Shown in pieces: positions 45,414-54,661 of a stretch of DNA of 64,000 nt. The position numbers and the translations under genes are program-made. Position 1 is the first letter of the stretch. Every line of letters begins with the position of its first letter. The DNA lies in contig DHHD01000106.1 of NCBI GenBank assembly GCA_002403105.1, positions 18 to 64,017 of the forward strand. The letters run 5' to 3'. This stretch comes from Anaerolineaceae bacterium UBA4781. GTDB lineage: Bacteria; Chloroflexota; Anaerolineae; Anaerolineales; Anaerolineaceae. The notes under the pieces are model-generated. The model had not been told where the DNA came from, made no database searches, and saw nothing but the letters and a program-made list of their open reading frames with translations.

Positions 45414-46193
45414 ATGGATTTCATTCAAAATACTATTAAAGCAGTAATTCTGGATATGGATGGCGTCTTATGGAAAAGCAATGAACCGCTTTGTAATCTC
45501 AATGAGCTTTTCCATAGATTTGAAACCAATAATTTGCAGTTTTTATTTGCGACAAATAATGCTCTTCGCACCGTACCCCAATATATAGAGAAATTTAACT
45601 CACTTGGTGTTAAGGTCACAGAAGAACAGATCCTCACCTCATCCATTGCCACTGGCTACTTGCTTGCCAAAGATTTCCCTGAGGGTGGTCCGGTGTATAT
45701 CATGGGGGCATCAGCTTTGCAAACCACTCTGCTTGAATACAACTTCCCTTTTACAGAAGATCATCCCATCGCAGTAGTTGGAGGGTTAGATCCTGATATT
45801 TCTTATGATCGGCTGAAAAAAGCATCCCTGTTCATCCAATCTGGCATTCCTTTTTATTTTACGAATTCTGATGCCACCTATCCCACGCCCGAAGGATTCT
45901 ATCCAGGAGCAGGTACTTTCTTAGCTGCTCTTGAGACAGCTTCAGGCGTAAAAGCAAAAATCGCTGGTAAGCCGCAGCCATTCCTTTTTGAAGCTTGTTT
46001 AAAACGATTGGGTACCTCACCGACTGAAACACTGACGATTGGAGATCGCCTGGAAACCGATATTCTTGGCGGCTTTAGAGCCGGTTGTAAAACAGCACTT
46101 GTGCTTTCAGGGGTTTCTACCCGGCAAGATCTTTTGAGTTGGAATCCAAAACCTGATTTTGTCTTTAATGATCTGATGCAGTTATTTGAGTGA
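45414..46193 (+). CDS. HAD-IIA family hydrolase (NagD-like)
   Basis: 'ILDMDGVLW', 'TNN', 'GDRLETDI'; ATG 45414 preceded by GGAGAAG. Confidence 0.8.
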   Translation: MDFIQNTIKAVILDMDGVLWKSNEPLCNLNELFHRFETNNLQFLFATNNALRTVPQYIEKFNSLGVKVTEEQILTSSIATGYLLAKDFPEGGPVYIMGASALQTTLLEYNFPFTEDHPIAVVGGLDPDISYDRLKKASLFIQSGIPFYFTNSDATYPTPEGFYPGAGTFLAALETASGVKAKIAGKPQPFLFEACLKRLGTSPTETLTIGDRLETDILGGFRAGCKTALVLSGVSTRQDLLSWNPKPDFVFNDLMQLFE

Positions 46194-46211
46194 GATTGAA
46201 CGGAATACTTT

Positions 46212-47243
46212 ATGGAATGTATTCTTGATCTTGATAAGGAAAAACTACGAACATATTTCCATTCTATCGGACAGCCTGATTTTCGATGCGATCAAGTCTG
46301 GCATGGATTGTATGTTTCTTATTTTGATACCTGGGATACCTTCACAGTTCTTCCTCTGGAATTGCGCCAGCAGCTCTCACAGGATTTTATCATTTCACCT
46401 CTCAAAGAGATTGATTGTATTCAATCACCAGATGCATTTACAAAAAAAGTTCTTTTTCAACTCCCCGGTGGGAATCCTGTTGAATCTGTTTTGATGCATT
46501 ACGATGAGAGAATTTCCATTTGCATATCAAGCCAATCCGGCTGCTCTATTGGATGTAAATTCTGCGCGACTGGTAAATTGGGTTGGAAGCAAGATCTTTC
46601 CAGCGGTGAGATTGTTGCGCAGGTCCTTTATTTTGCAAAAGAGCTAAATAAGGATCAGCAAAAGATCACCAATATCGTTATCATGGGTATGGGAGAACCA
46701 TTTCTCAATTACGAACAAGTGAAAAATGCAATCTTTAAAATCAATGATCATGATGGATTGAATATTGGTTCCAGGCATATCACTGTTTCAACCATTGGGG
46801 TTCCCCGGCAGATCATTCAATTTGCACATGATTTTCCCCAGATTAATTTAGCTGTCAGCCTGCATGCTCCAACCAATAAACAGCGAAATACTATAATTCC
46901 GATTAATAAAAAATACCCCATCCAAGACATCCTATCAGCAGCAAAAGACTACATCCACATGACGAACCGGCGTGTTACTTTCGAGTATGTGATGATCGCA
47001 GGTTTCAACGATAACATTGAGGATGCAAACCAGCTTGGGAAACTTTTGCAAGGTTTGCTTTGTCATGTTAACTTGATCCCTCTCAATTCCACAGAGCATT
47101 TTGCAAAAAATCCGCCTGCTCATAACAAAATTGAAAGCTTTCGAAGAATTCTTAATGATCATCATATCCCAGCCACCATTCGCTTCAGTAAAGGCACACA
47201 GATTCGCGCCGGGTGCGGACAACTGGCAGGGAAACTATCTTGA
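46212..47243 (+). CDS. rlmN: 23S rRNA/tRNA adenine-C2 methyltransferase (radical SAM)
   Basis: 'FRCDQVW', radical-SAM 'CSIGCKFCATG', 'GMGEP'. Confidence 0.9.
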   Translation: MECILDLDKEKLRTYFHSIGQPDFRCDQVWHGLYVSYFDTWDTFTVLPLELRQQLSQDFIISPLKEIDCIQSPDAFTKKVLFQLPGGNPVESVLMHYDERISICISSQSGCSIGCKFCATGKLGWKQDLSSGEIVAQVLYFAKELNKDQQKITNIVIMGMGEPFLNYEQVKNAIFKINDHDGLNIGSRHITVSTIGVPRQIIQFAHDFPQINLAVSLHAPTNKQRNTIIPINKKYPIQDILSAAKDYIHMTNRRVTFEYVMIAGFNDNIEDANQLGKLLQGLLCHVNLIPLNSTEHFAKNPPAHNKIESFRRILNDHHIPATIRFSKGTQIRAGCGQLAGKLS

Positions 47244-47300
47244 ATTATCATTTCCGCATATAATATTGATTCATTACTTTCAATTTTTCAGGAGATTATT

Positions 47301-48390
47301 GTGCAAGATTTGTTAGATCGAGCGAATAGTTGTTTATCAAAATTACTTACTCTTAAGGAGCATCTTTGACTGGGATGCGAAAAAAGAACAATTAGCTAGA
47401 CTTTCCAGGGAATCTGAAACATCCAATTTTTGGGATAACACCAACCGCGCACGTCAGACAATGAAGACGATTTCTAATCTGAATGACGAGATCGGGTCAT
47501 GGGAAGATCTCTTTCAACAAACTCAAGCTCTTCATGATTTGGTAGCTTTGGATGATGAGTCACTTCGCGCTGAACTGGAAAATGAAATTCAGAAAATTGA
47601 AAAACAGATAACCATTCTTGAATTTGATACCCTTCTATCAGGTCCTTATGACAAAGGGAATGCCATCCTTTCGATTAATGCCGGTGCGGGTGGAACGGAT
47701 GCCCAGGATTGGGCTGCTATGTTGGAACGCATGTACCTGCGTTGGGCGGAAAAATCAGGTTTTCAAACAGAGATAATCCATCTTACCGAAGGTGAAGAAG
47801 CTGGGATTAAGAGCATTACGATCTCGATCTCTGGAAAATATGCCTATGGCTATTTGCGGGCTGAAAAAGGAGTCCATCGTCTGGTGCGTCTCTCCCCTTT
47901 TGATGCCGCTCACCGCCGCCATACTTCTTTCGTTCAGGTTGAAGTTTTACCGGAAGTTACTTCCGAGGATCCAGAAGTAATGCTTAATCCTGATGATCTC
48001 GAAATTGATGTATTCAAATCAGCTGGCGCAGGTGGACAAAATGTTCAAAAGAACGCTACTGCTATACGCATTACGCATAAACCCACAGGTATTGTAGTAA
48101 CTTGCCAAAATGAACGCTCACAACTTCAAAATAAAGAAAACGCCCTCAAAGTATTACGTGGCCGCCTTTATCAAATAAAACTGGAAGAGCAAGAAAAACA
48201 AATTTCCACTCTAAAGGGTGAATTTCTGAAGATCGAATGGGGTAGTCAGATCCGTTCTTATGTACTACATCCCTATCAGATGGTAAAAGATCATCGCACT
48301 GACTATGAAGAAAGGAATACCCAAGCTGTGCTGGATGGGGAGATTGATGGATTCATACAATCGTATTTGAAGTCAGTTAAAAAGCCCTGA
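47301..48390 (+). CDS. prfB: Peptide chain release factor 2, requires programmed +1 frameshift at 47367
   Basis: Frame 0 runs GTG 47301 (RBS AGGAG) to CTT TGA (47364..47369). The +1 frame from GAC 47368 is continuous with the track ORF 47461..48390; 'SPF' ('RLSPFD') and 'GGQ' motifs present. Confidence 0.9.
47355..47370 (+). other. prfB frameshift site
   Basis: AAGGAG-CAT-CTT-TGA-C: internal SD-like element, 3-nt spacer, slippery CTT and in-frame TGA followed by C. Confidence 0.85.
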
Positions 48391-48410
48391 TTATTATCAG
48401 GGCTTTTTTT
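48379..48410. terminator. Bidirectional intrinsic terminator between prfB and pfkA
   Basis: AGCCCTGAT-TATT-ATCAGGGCT flanked by an A-tract and a T-tract. Confidence 0.75.
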
Positions 48411-48413
48411 GTA

Positions 48414-49382
48414 TTAATCAAGGACACGTGCAAGTTCAAAGAGGTCCATATCAATAGGTTTGGTTTTCCCTACCACTTCTTTTAGGGGAGTAGTTTTTAA
48501 TGCATTATTCACCCACCCTACCAGAACCCCATATTCTCCTCTTGCCAAACAATCAACAGCTCCAGCACCCAGGCGGCTTCCTAAAATACGATCTTGCGCG
48601 CTGGGAGAACCGCCCCGTTGAACATGACCGAGTATGGTAACTCGTAGAGCAAATCCAATCTCTTCATTGTGTTCTTCAAAATAATTAGCTAGTCTTGTGG
48701 CATTATATTTTGCGCCTTCTGCAACAACCACGATGGCATGCGATTTACCGCGCTCATACGCTTTTGCTAAAACATCTACAATTTCTTGCGGATCAACATC
48801 AACTTCCGGTAAAATAACAGTCTCCGCACCACCAGCGATGGATGCCATTAGTGCCAAGTAGCCACATTTTCGTCCCATCACTTCCAATAAGAAAGCACGT
48901 TGATGCGATGAACCGGTTACCTTCAGACGGTCAATCGCTTCAAGAGCAATATTTAAAGCAGTATCAACACCAATGGTAGTATCAGAACCCACCAGATCGT
49001 TATCGATGGTTGAGGCAACCCCTACTACTGGGAAACCCATTTCAGAAAAATAATAAGAACCGGTTTGTGATCCATTTCCACCGATCACCACCAAACCTTC
49101 AATTCCATTCCCATTCAGAGCACGCAAGGCTTTCATTCTGCCTGATTCCGTTTTAAATTCCTCACAACGTGCACTCCCCAAAACAGTTCCGCCTTTTTGG
49201 ATGATCCCACCCACATCACGTGGACCCATTGGAATCAGTTTTCCTTCGATCAATCCGGAATATCCCAGAGGTACCCCATATACCTCAAATCCTTTTTGTG
49301 TTCCTGTTCTTACAACAGCTCTGATAGCTGCATTCATTCCAGGGGCATCTCCACCACTTGTTAAAACAGCGATTTTTTTCAT
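48414..49382 (-). CDS. pfkA: ATP-dependent 6-phosphofructokinase
   Basis: 'IAVLTSGGDAPGMNAA', 'TIDNDL'; ATG 49382 preceded by GGAG. Confidence 0.9.
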   Translation of the reverse strand: MKKIAVLTSGGDAPGMNAAIRAVVRTGTQKGFEVYGVPLGYSGLIEGKLIPMGPRDVGGIIQKGGTVLGSARCEEFKTESGRMKALRALNGNGIEGLVVIGGNGSQTGSYYFSEMGFPVVGVASTIDNDLVGSDTTIGVDTALNIALEAIDRLKVTGSSHQRAFLLEVMGRKCGYLALMASIAGGAETVILPEVDVDPQEIVDVLAKAYERGKSHAIVVVAEGAKYNATRLANYFEEHNEEIGFALRVTILGHVQRGGSPSAQDRILGSRLGAGAVDCLARGEYGVLVGWVNNALKTTPLKEVVGKTKPIDMDLFELARVLD

Positions 49383-49520
49383 ATTCAACTCCAGATTCAA
49401 AAATCAATGAATTCTAACATAGTCATATCATTTTCTAGGTAGTTTTGTGACCTTATTAACTGGTAATTTCATTGTTGTTCTGGTTCAATTGTTTCTTATA
49501 ATATCACTCAAAATAAACAT

Positions 49521-51650
49521 ATGAAAATGACAGAAAAAAACAACCGAATTCAAGCTCATCCAATTCTTACGGTTAACCGTGGAAAGAAGATTCATTTTAC
49601 ATGGGCTGATCAACCTTGTGAGGGTTTTGAAAACGAGACGATTGCATCAGCTCTAATCGCAAACGGGTTCCATATCTTCCAGCACCACCATAAAGACCAT
49701 TCCCCTCAAGGGTTATATTGTGCAAACGGGCAGTGTTCACAATGCCTGGTTTTGGTGAACGGGTACCCACAAAAAGCATGCATGGAACCCATTCACGAGG
49801 GACTGCAAATACAACCTTTGGATGGTTACTATACCCTGCCAGCCAATGTTCCCAATGTTGTTTATTTTCCTATCATTCACAAACAAATCAAAGTAATGAT
49901 CATTGGTGCCGGTCCTGCAGGCCTCTCTGCAGCTATCGAATTAGGGAAACAGGGAATTAAAACACTTCTTGTAGATGATAAGAACCAACCCGGTGGAAAA
50001 CTGGTGCTTCAGACTCACCGTTTCTTTGGCTCAAAGGAATTTGTATACGCGGGTACACGTGGAATCGATATTGCGAAAAATCTTTCCAACGAGCTGGGTC
50101 AAAATCCATCTGTCGAAACATGGTTGAACTCCCCGGCAGTGGCCGTTTTCAGTGACCATAAAGTAGGAGTACTGAAAGACAATCAACAGTATGCTCTCAT
50201 CGAACCTGAAATTCTTATTATTGCCACTGGGGCTCGTGAAAAATCACTGCGCTTTCCGGGAAATACACTGCCCGGGATCTTTGGCGCAGGTGCTTTTCAA
50301 ACCCTGCTTAACCGTGATCTGGTTATTCCTGGTCAGACCTTTTTTATCGTGGGAGGAGGAAATGTCGGGTTGATCGCCGCCTACCACGCGCTTCAAGCAG
50401 GTATTCAAATTGCCGGCTTGGCAGAGATCTTACCCCAATGCGGTGGGTATAAGGTCCATCTGGATAAAATCAAACGCCTGAGTGTACCTATCTATACTTC
50501 TCACACCATTCTGCAAGCGCATGGAACAGAACATGTAAATTTAGTTACCATTGCGAAGGTGAATGACAGTTTTCGGCCAATTCCCAGTTCTAAAAAGACT
50601 ATTGCCTGTGATGGTGTATTAATCGCAGCAGGATTGAATCCTGTGAATGAATTCCTGTATCAGGCACAGGAATTCGGTTTTCAGGTATTTGCTGCCGGTG
50701 ACGCAGAAGAGATCGCTGAAGCTTCAGCAGCTATCATATCGGGTAGAATCACTGCCAAAAAAGTTCTGTCTAAAATTCTAAATACACAATTTTTTAATGA
50801 TGAAATTGAAGATTTACTAAAATTCAAGCAGGTTCTATCCTCCAAACCTGGAGAAACTCTGAAATCGAAACCATCACTCACACCTGCAGGTGTTAAACCG
50901 ATCTTCCACTGTGTGCAAGAGATACCGTGTAATCCCTGCTCAGGTCTCTGTGCCCAGCATCTGATTCAAATCCCAATGAATAATATTCTTTCAATTCCTG
51001 ATTTTATTGATCCGGATGGGAAATGTACTGGCTGCGCTCAGTGTGTTATTGGTTGTCCTGGTTTAGCCATTACATTGGTTGACTACCGTAAGGATGCGCG
51101 CTTTCCGATTGTAACTCTACCCTGTGAGCTTACTGTAAACAAAGATGCGATCATTGGTCGATCTTTCCCCGTAACAGACTTTGAAGGGCGAGTGATTGGT
51201 ATTGCAGAAGTCATTCATGTAATACAATCTGCCAAAATGGATCATACCTCTTTAATAAAACTAATCGCTCCGGTTGAAATTGCAGAAAAAATCGCAGGTA
51301 TTCAATTCGAAAAGAGGATCGCAAGTTTCAGTGAAAATACAGTGCAGGATGAAATAAAATCCCAAACCATGCTTTGCCGCTGTGAAAGAGTCTCAGAACA
51401 AGAAATCCGCGATCTCATCCAGCACGGTGTTCATGATCTCAACCTTATTAAAGCCATTACCCGAGCCGGAATGGGAGCTTGTGGAGGAAAAACTTGCGAA
51501 TCTTTAATATTGCAGATTATGCGCGAAGAAGGTGTTTCTCAAGCAGAGGTCATCCCACTTTCAAAAAGACCGCTTGCCATGGAAATAACTTTAAAAACAT
51601 TCATTGAAACGGATACAGTATTAGGCAAAACAGAAAATCATGATTCATGA
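49521..51650 (+). CDS. Multidomain oxidoreductase subunit: 2Fe-2S + FAD/NAD(P)-binding + 4Fe-4S + BFD-like 2Fe-2S
   Basis: N-terminal 'CANGQCSQC', 'MIIGAGPAGLSAA', 'CTGCAQCVIGCP', 'CRCE ... CGGKTC'. Resembles fused HcnA/HcnB, opine oxidase A or archaeal proline dehydrogenase alpha. Confidence 0.7.
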   Translation: MKMTEKNNRIQAHPILTVNRGKKIHFTWADQPCEGFENETIASALIANGFHIFQHHHKDHSPQGLYCANGQCSQCLVLVNGYPQKACMEPIHEGLQIQPLDGYYTLPANVPNVVYFPIIHKQIKVMIIGAGPAGLSAAIELGKQGIKTLLVDDKNQPGGKLVLQTHRFFGSKEFVYAGTRGIDIAKNLSNELGQNPSVETWLNSPAVAVFSDHKVGVLKDNQQYALIEPEILIIATGAREKSLRFPGNTLPGIFGAGAFQTLLNRDLVIPGQTFFIVGGGNVGLIAAYHALQAGIQIAGLAEILPQCGGYKVHLDKIKRLSVPIYTSHTILQAHGTEHVNLVTIAKVNDSFRPIPSSKKTIACDGVLIAAGLNPVNEFLYQAQEFGFQVFAAGDAEEIAEASAAIISGRITAKKVLSKILNTQFFNDEIEDLLKFKQVLSSKPGETLKSKPSLTPAGVKPIFHCVQEIPCNPCSGLCAQHLIQIPMNNILSIPDFIDPDGKCTGCAQCVIGCPGLAITLVDYRKDARFPIVTLPCELTVNKDAIIGRSFPVTDFEGRVIGIAEVIHVIQSAKMDHTSLIKLIAPVEIAEKIAGIQFEKRIASFSENTVQDEIKSQTMLCRCERVSEQEIRDLIQHGVHDLNLIKAITRAGMGACGGKTCESLILQIMREEGVSQAEVIPLSKRPLAMEITLKTFIETDTVLGKTENHDS

Positions 51651-52797
51651 AAATTTTGATACGATCATTATTGGTGCGGGTTCAGTAGGCGTCCCGACTG
51701 CTTTCTTTCTAGCAAAAGCTGGTTTGAAAGTGCTCGTTTTAGATAATAGACCCAGTATTGGGCAAGCATCCAATAAAGCTGCCATTGGAGGAATTCGAGC
51801 AACTCATTCCGACCCATCGAAAGCATGGCTATGCCAGCGCAGTCTGCAAATCTTCTCCACCTGGAAAGAATTGTATGGTGATGAAATTGAATGGAAAAAA
51901 GGCGGGTATGTTTATGCTGTTTATCGTAAAGAAGAAGAGTCAAGCTTAAAAGCGCTTCTGGCTCTACAAAAATCCTGGAAAATGAATATTGATTGGTTGG
52001 ATGCAAAAGCACTACTTGAGGTGATCCCTGATCTGAATGCAGAAGGTCTTTTAGGTGGTACTTATTCTCCAGATGATGGAAATGCCTCCCCTCTCCTTTC
52101 CTTATTTGCCTTTTACAAACATGCTCTCGCTCATCATGCAAAATTCCATTTCAATGAAGCAGTAATAGAATTTACAAAACAAAATGGGAAGCTCACTGGT
52201 ATTCAGACCACGAAGGGTTATTATTCCTCGGATATTATTATTAATGCCGCAGGTGCCTGGGCGGGTGAACTGGGAAAATTGGCGGGAATACCGATTCCGA
52301 TCAATCCTGAATCACATGAAGCCGGCATTACTGAACCCGTTCAACCCTTTATGGAACCGATGATCGTAGATATTCGACCCATGGGAATTACATCGAATTT
52401 CTACTTTTATCAGCATGCCACCGGACAGATCTTATTTTGCTTTTCACCGGAACCGCCTATTCAAGGTTTCAATACCAGAGTAACCTCCGATTTCCTTCCT
52501 ACTGCTGCTCAACGGTTGCTCGACCTCATCCCGAGATTACAGAATATCCGCGTTCGTAGAGCCTGGCGCGGTCTATATCCCATGACTCCGGATGGATCTC
52601 CATTTCTGGGTCCCGTTTTAGATACACCGGGCATGCTCCTGGCAGCCGGAATGTGTGGTCAAGGTTTCATGTTAGGACCAGGAGTCGGAGAATTACTGGC
52701 AAACGTTGTAACCGGATGTTCAAGTGAAGCGCAACAAGAAATTCTTCAAAACCTTTCCCTTTCCAGGTCCATTTCTCGTGTAGAGATGTTAAAATAA
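51640..52797 (+). CDS. FAD-dependent oxidoreductase (DAO family; HcnC / sarcosine-oxidase-beta-like)
   Basis: 'IIIGAGSVGVPTAFFLAKAGLKVLVLD'; 11-nt overlap with the upstream gene. Confidence 0.8.
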   Translation: MIHENFDTIIIGAGSVGVPTAFFLAKAGLKVLVLDNRPSIGQASNKAAIGGIRATHSDPSKAWLCQRSLQIFSTWKELYGDEIEWKKGGYVYAVYRKEEESSLKALLALQKSWKMNIDWLDAKALLEVIPDLNAEGLLGGTYSPDDGNASPLLSLFAFYKHALAHHAKFHFNEAVIEFTKQNGKLTGIQTTKGYYSSDIIINAAGAWAGELGKLAGIPIPINPESHEAGITEPVQPFMEPMIVDIRPMGITSNFYFYQHATGQILFCFSPEPPIQGFNTRVTSDFLPTAAQRLLDLIPRLQNIRVRRAWRGLYPMTPDGSPFLGPVLDTPGMLLAAGMCGQGFMLGPGVGELLANVVTGCSSEAQQEILQNLSLSRSISRVEMLK

Positions 52798-52826
52798 TCC
52801 AATATTAATTGAATAAAGGATTTTTG

Positions 52827-53927
52827 ATGGAACAAGATACTGTATTTGTACCTGTTAACAAACTTTATGATTTCATGCTCTCTGTGTTTATAAAAGCTGG
52901 CGTTCCAGAGGAAGACGCAAAAATCTGTTCGGATGTGCTAATTAAATCTGACCTGCGTGGTATTGAATCGCATGGCATTGGACGTTTACGCATGTATTAT
53001 GACCGCTTGAAAAGTGGTTTGATCGAGAAAAAAGCGAATCTTACAATCGTACGGGAATCACCCACCACAGCAGTGGTCGATGGCAACCATGGTTTGGGAA
53101 TGGTGGTTGCTTTTAAATCCATGCAGTTGGCAATTATTAAAGCCAAAGAATTAGGAATGGGTGCCGTAGCCGTCCGAAATTCGACTCATTTTGGGATCGA
53201 TGGATATTACCCGCTCATGGCCATTCAGGAGAACATGATCGGTATGAGCTTTACTAATGCACGCCCATGCGTTTCTCCTACTCATGGAACCCAACCCATC
53301 TTGGGCACGAATCCCATCAGCTTTGGAGCACCTACTGATGAAGAATGTCCATTTTTGTATGACGGTGCAACCTCGATCACACAGCGTGGTAAGATCGAAG
53401 TACTGGCACGCGCTGAAAAACCAGTTCCATCTGGATGGGTTATTGACCAAAATAATGACCCAATGACTGATGCGGATAAAATTTTACAGCAGATATTGCT
53501 TGATAATGCAGCGTTGCTTCCTCTGGGTGGAACGAGCGAAATAACCGGTGGGCATAAAGGGTACTGTCTTTCCACCATCGTTGAAATACTCTCTTCCGCG
53601 TTACAGAGTGGAGCATTTTTATTCCAGCTTTCGGGTTTGGATGAAAACAATGATCCCACTCGTTTTCGCGTAGGTCATTTCTTTATGGTGATGAATATTG
53701 AAAACTTCCTCCCAATTAATGAATTCAAGAAAAATATTGGGGATCTTCTGCGTTCACTTCGTTCTACTCGCACAGTTCCCGGTGAAGATCGTATTTATAC
53801 TGCCGGAGAGAAAGAATTTGAAATGGAGAAAATTATTGTTCAACAGGGGGTAGCAGTAAATGCAAACTTGCGTAAAGATATTCTTTATCTGCAGCAAGAA
53901 TTAGGATTAACCAACTCACTTTTATAA
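52827..53927 (+). CDS. Ldh_2 (malate/L-lactate dehydrogenase type 2) family oxidoreductase
   Basis: 'GIESHGIGRL', 'STHFG'; ATG 52827 preceded by AAAGGA. Confidence 0.75.
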   Translation: MEQDTVFVPVNKLYDFMLSVFIKAGVPEEDAKICSDVLIKSDLRGIESHGIGRLRMYYDRLKSGLIEKKANLTIVRESPTTAVVDGNHGLGMVVAFKSMQLAIIKAKELGMGAVAVRNSTHFGIDGYYPLMAIQENMIGMSFTNARPCVSPTHGTQPILGTNPISFGAPTDEECPFLYDGATSITQRGKIEVLARAEKPVPSGWVIDQNNDPMTDADKILQQILLDNAALLPLGGTSEITGGHKGYCLSTIVEILSSALQSGAFLFQLSGLDENNDPTRFRVGHFFMVMNIENFLPINEFKKNIGDLLRSLRSTRTVPGEDRIYTAGEKEFEMEKIIVQQGVAVNANLRKDILYLQQELGLTNSLL

Positions 53928-53929
53928 TA

Positions 53930-54595
53930 ATGATGAAAATTAAAGGGCTTGTTTTTGATTTTGATGGTTTGATCCTTGATACAGAAACCGGTGAAGTGAA
54001 GATCTGGGAAAAAATCTTGCAGCAATTTGGGCTCGTTCTCCCTATGGATCAATATTTACAATATGTGGGGCATGCAACTGATAATCAATTTGTACAAAAC
54101 ATTTTACACGATCTAGGATTAACCGACGCTCAAATACAATCTGCTCTTATTGAATATGAGAATCTATTTTCTACTTCAGATTTTTTCAAAACTCCTCGCG
54201 AGGGGATTCGTGAGTTCATTCAATCCGGAAAAGGCAACGGTTTCAATCTTGGGATTGCATCGAATTCTTATTCGGACTGGGTTATCGGGCATTTGCAAAA
54301 TTTAGATCTGGAACAGTTCTTTAATCCGATCTGCACCCGTGAAGCTGTCTCAAATTCAAAACCTGATCCTGAATTATATAATCTTGTTCTTAGGAAATGG
54401 AATTTTTTACCACAAGAAGTCCTTGCCTTTGAAGATTCCCCCAATGGCATTTTAGCCGCAAAAAATGCGGGGATATTTTGTATTGCGGTTCCAAATCCGC
54501 TCACAGCGAATATGGATAACAGCGCTGCAGATCTATTATTTAATTCATTTACTGAGATGGATCTCCATCAAATAACACATGGTTTAAAGAAATAG
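53930..54595 (+). CDS. HAD-IA family hydrolase (beta-phosphoglucomutase-like)
   Basis: 'VFDFDGLILDTE', 'SNS', 'FEDSPNGILAAKNAG'. Confidence 0.8.
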   Translation: MMKIKGLVFDFDGLILDTETGEVKIWEKILQQFGLVLPMDQYLQYVGHATDNQFVQNILHDLGLTDAQIQSALIEYENLFSTSDFFKTPREGIREFIQSGKGNGFNLGIASNSYSDWVIGHLQNLDLEQFFNPICTREAVSNSKPDPELYNLVLRKWNFLPQEVLAFEDSPNGILAAKNAGIFCIAVPNPLTANMDNSAADLLFNSFTEMDLHQITHGLKK

Positions 54596-54661
54596 CCAAT
54601 TTATTTGGTTGAATTCTGAAATTGAAGATTATACTTAGGCGTAATCACTCAACAATTTTCT

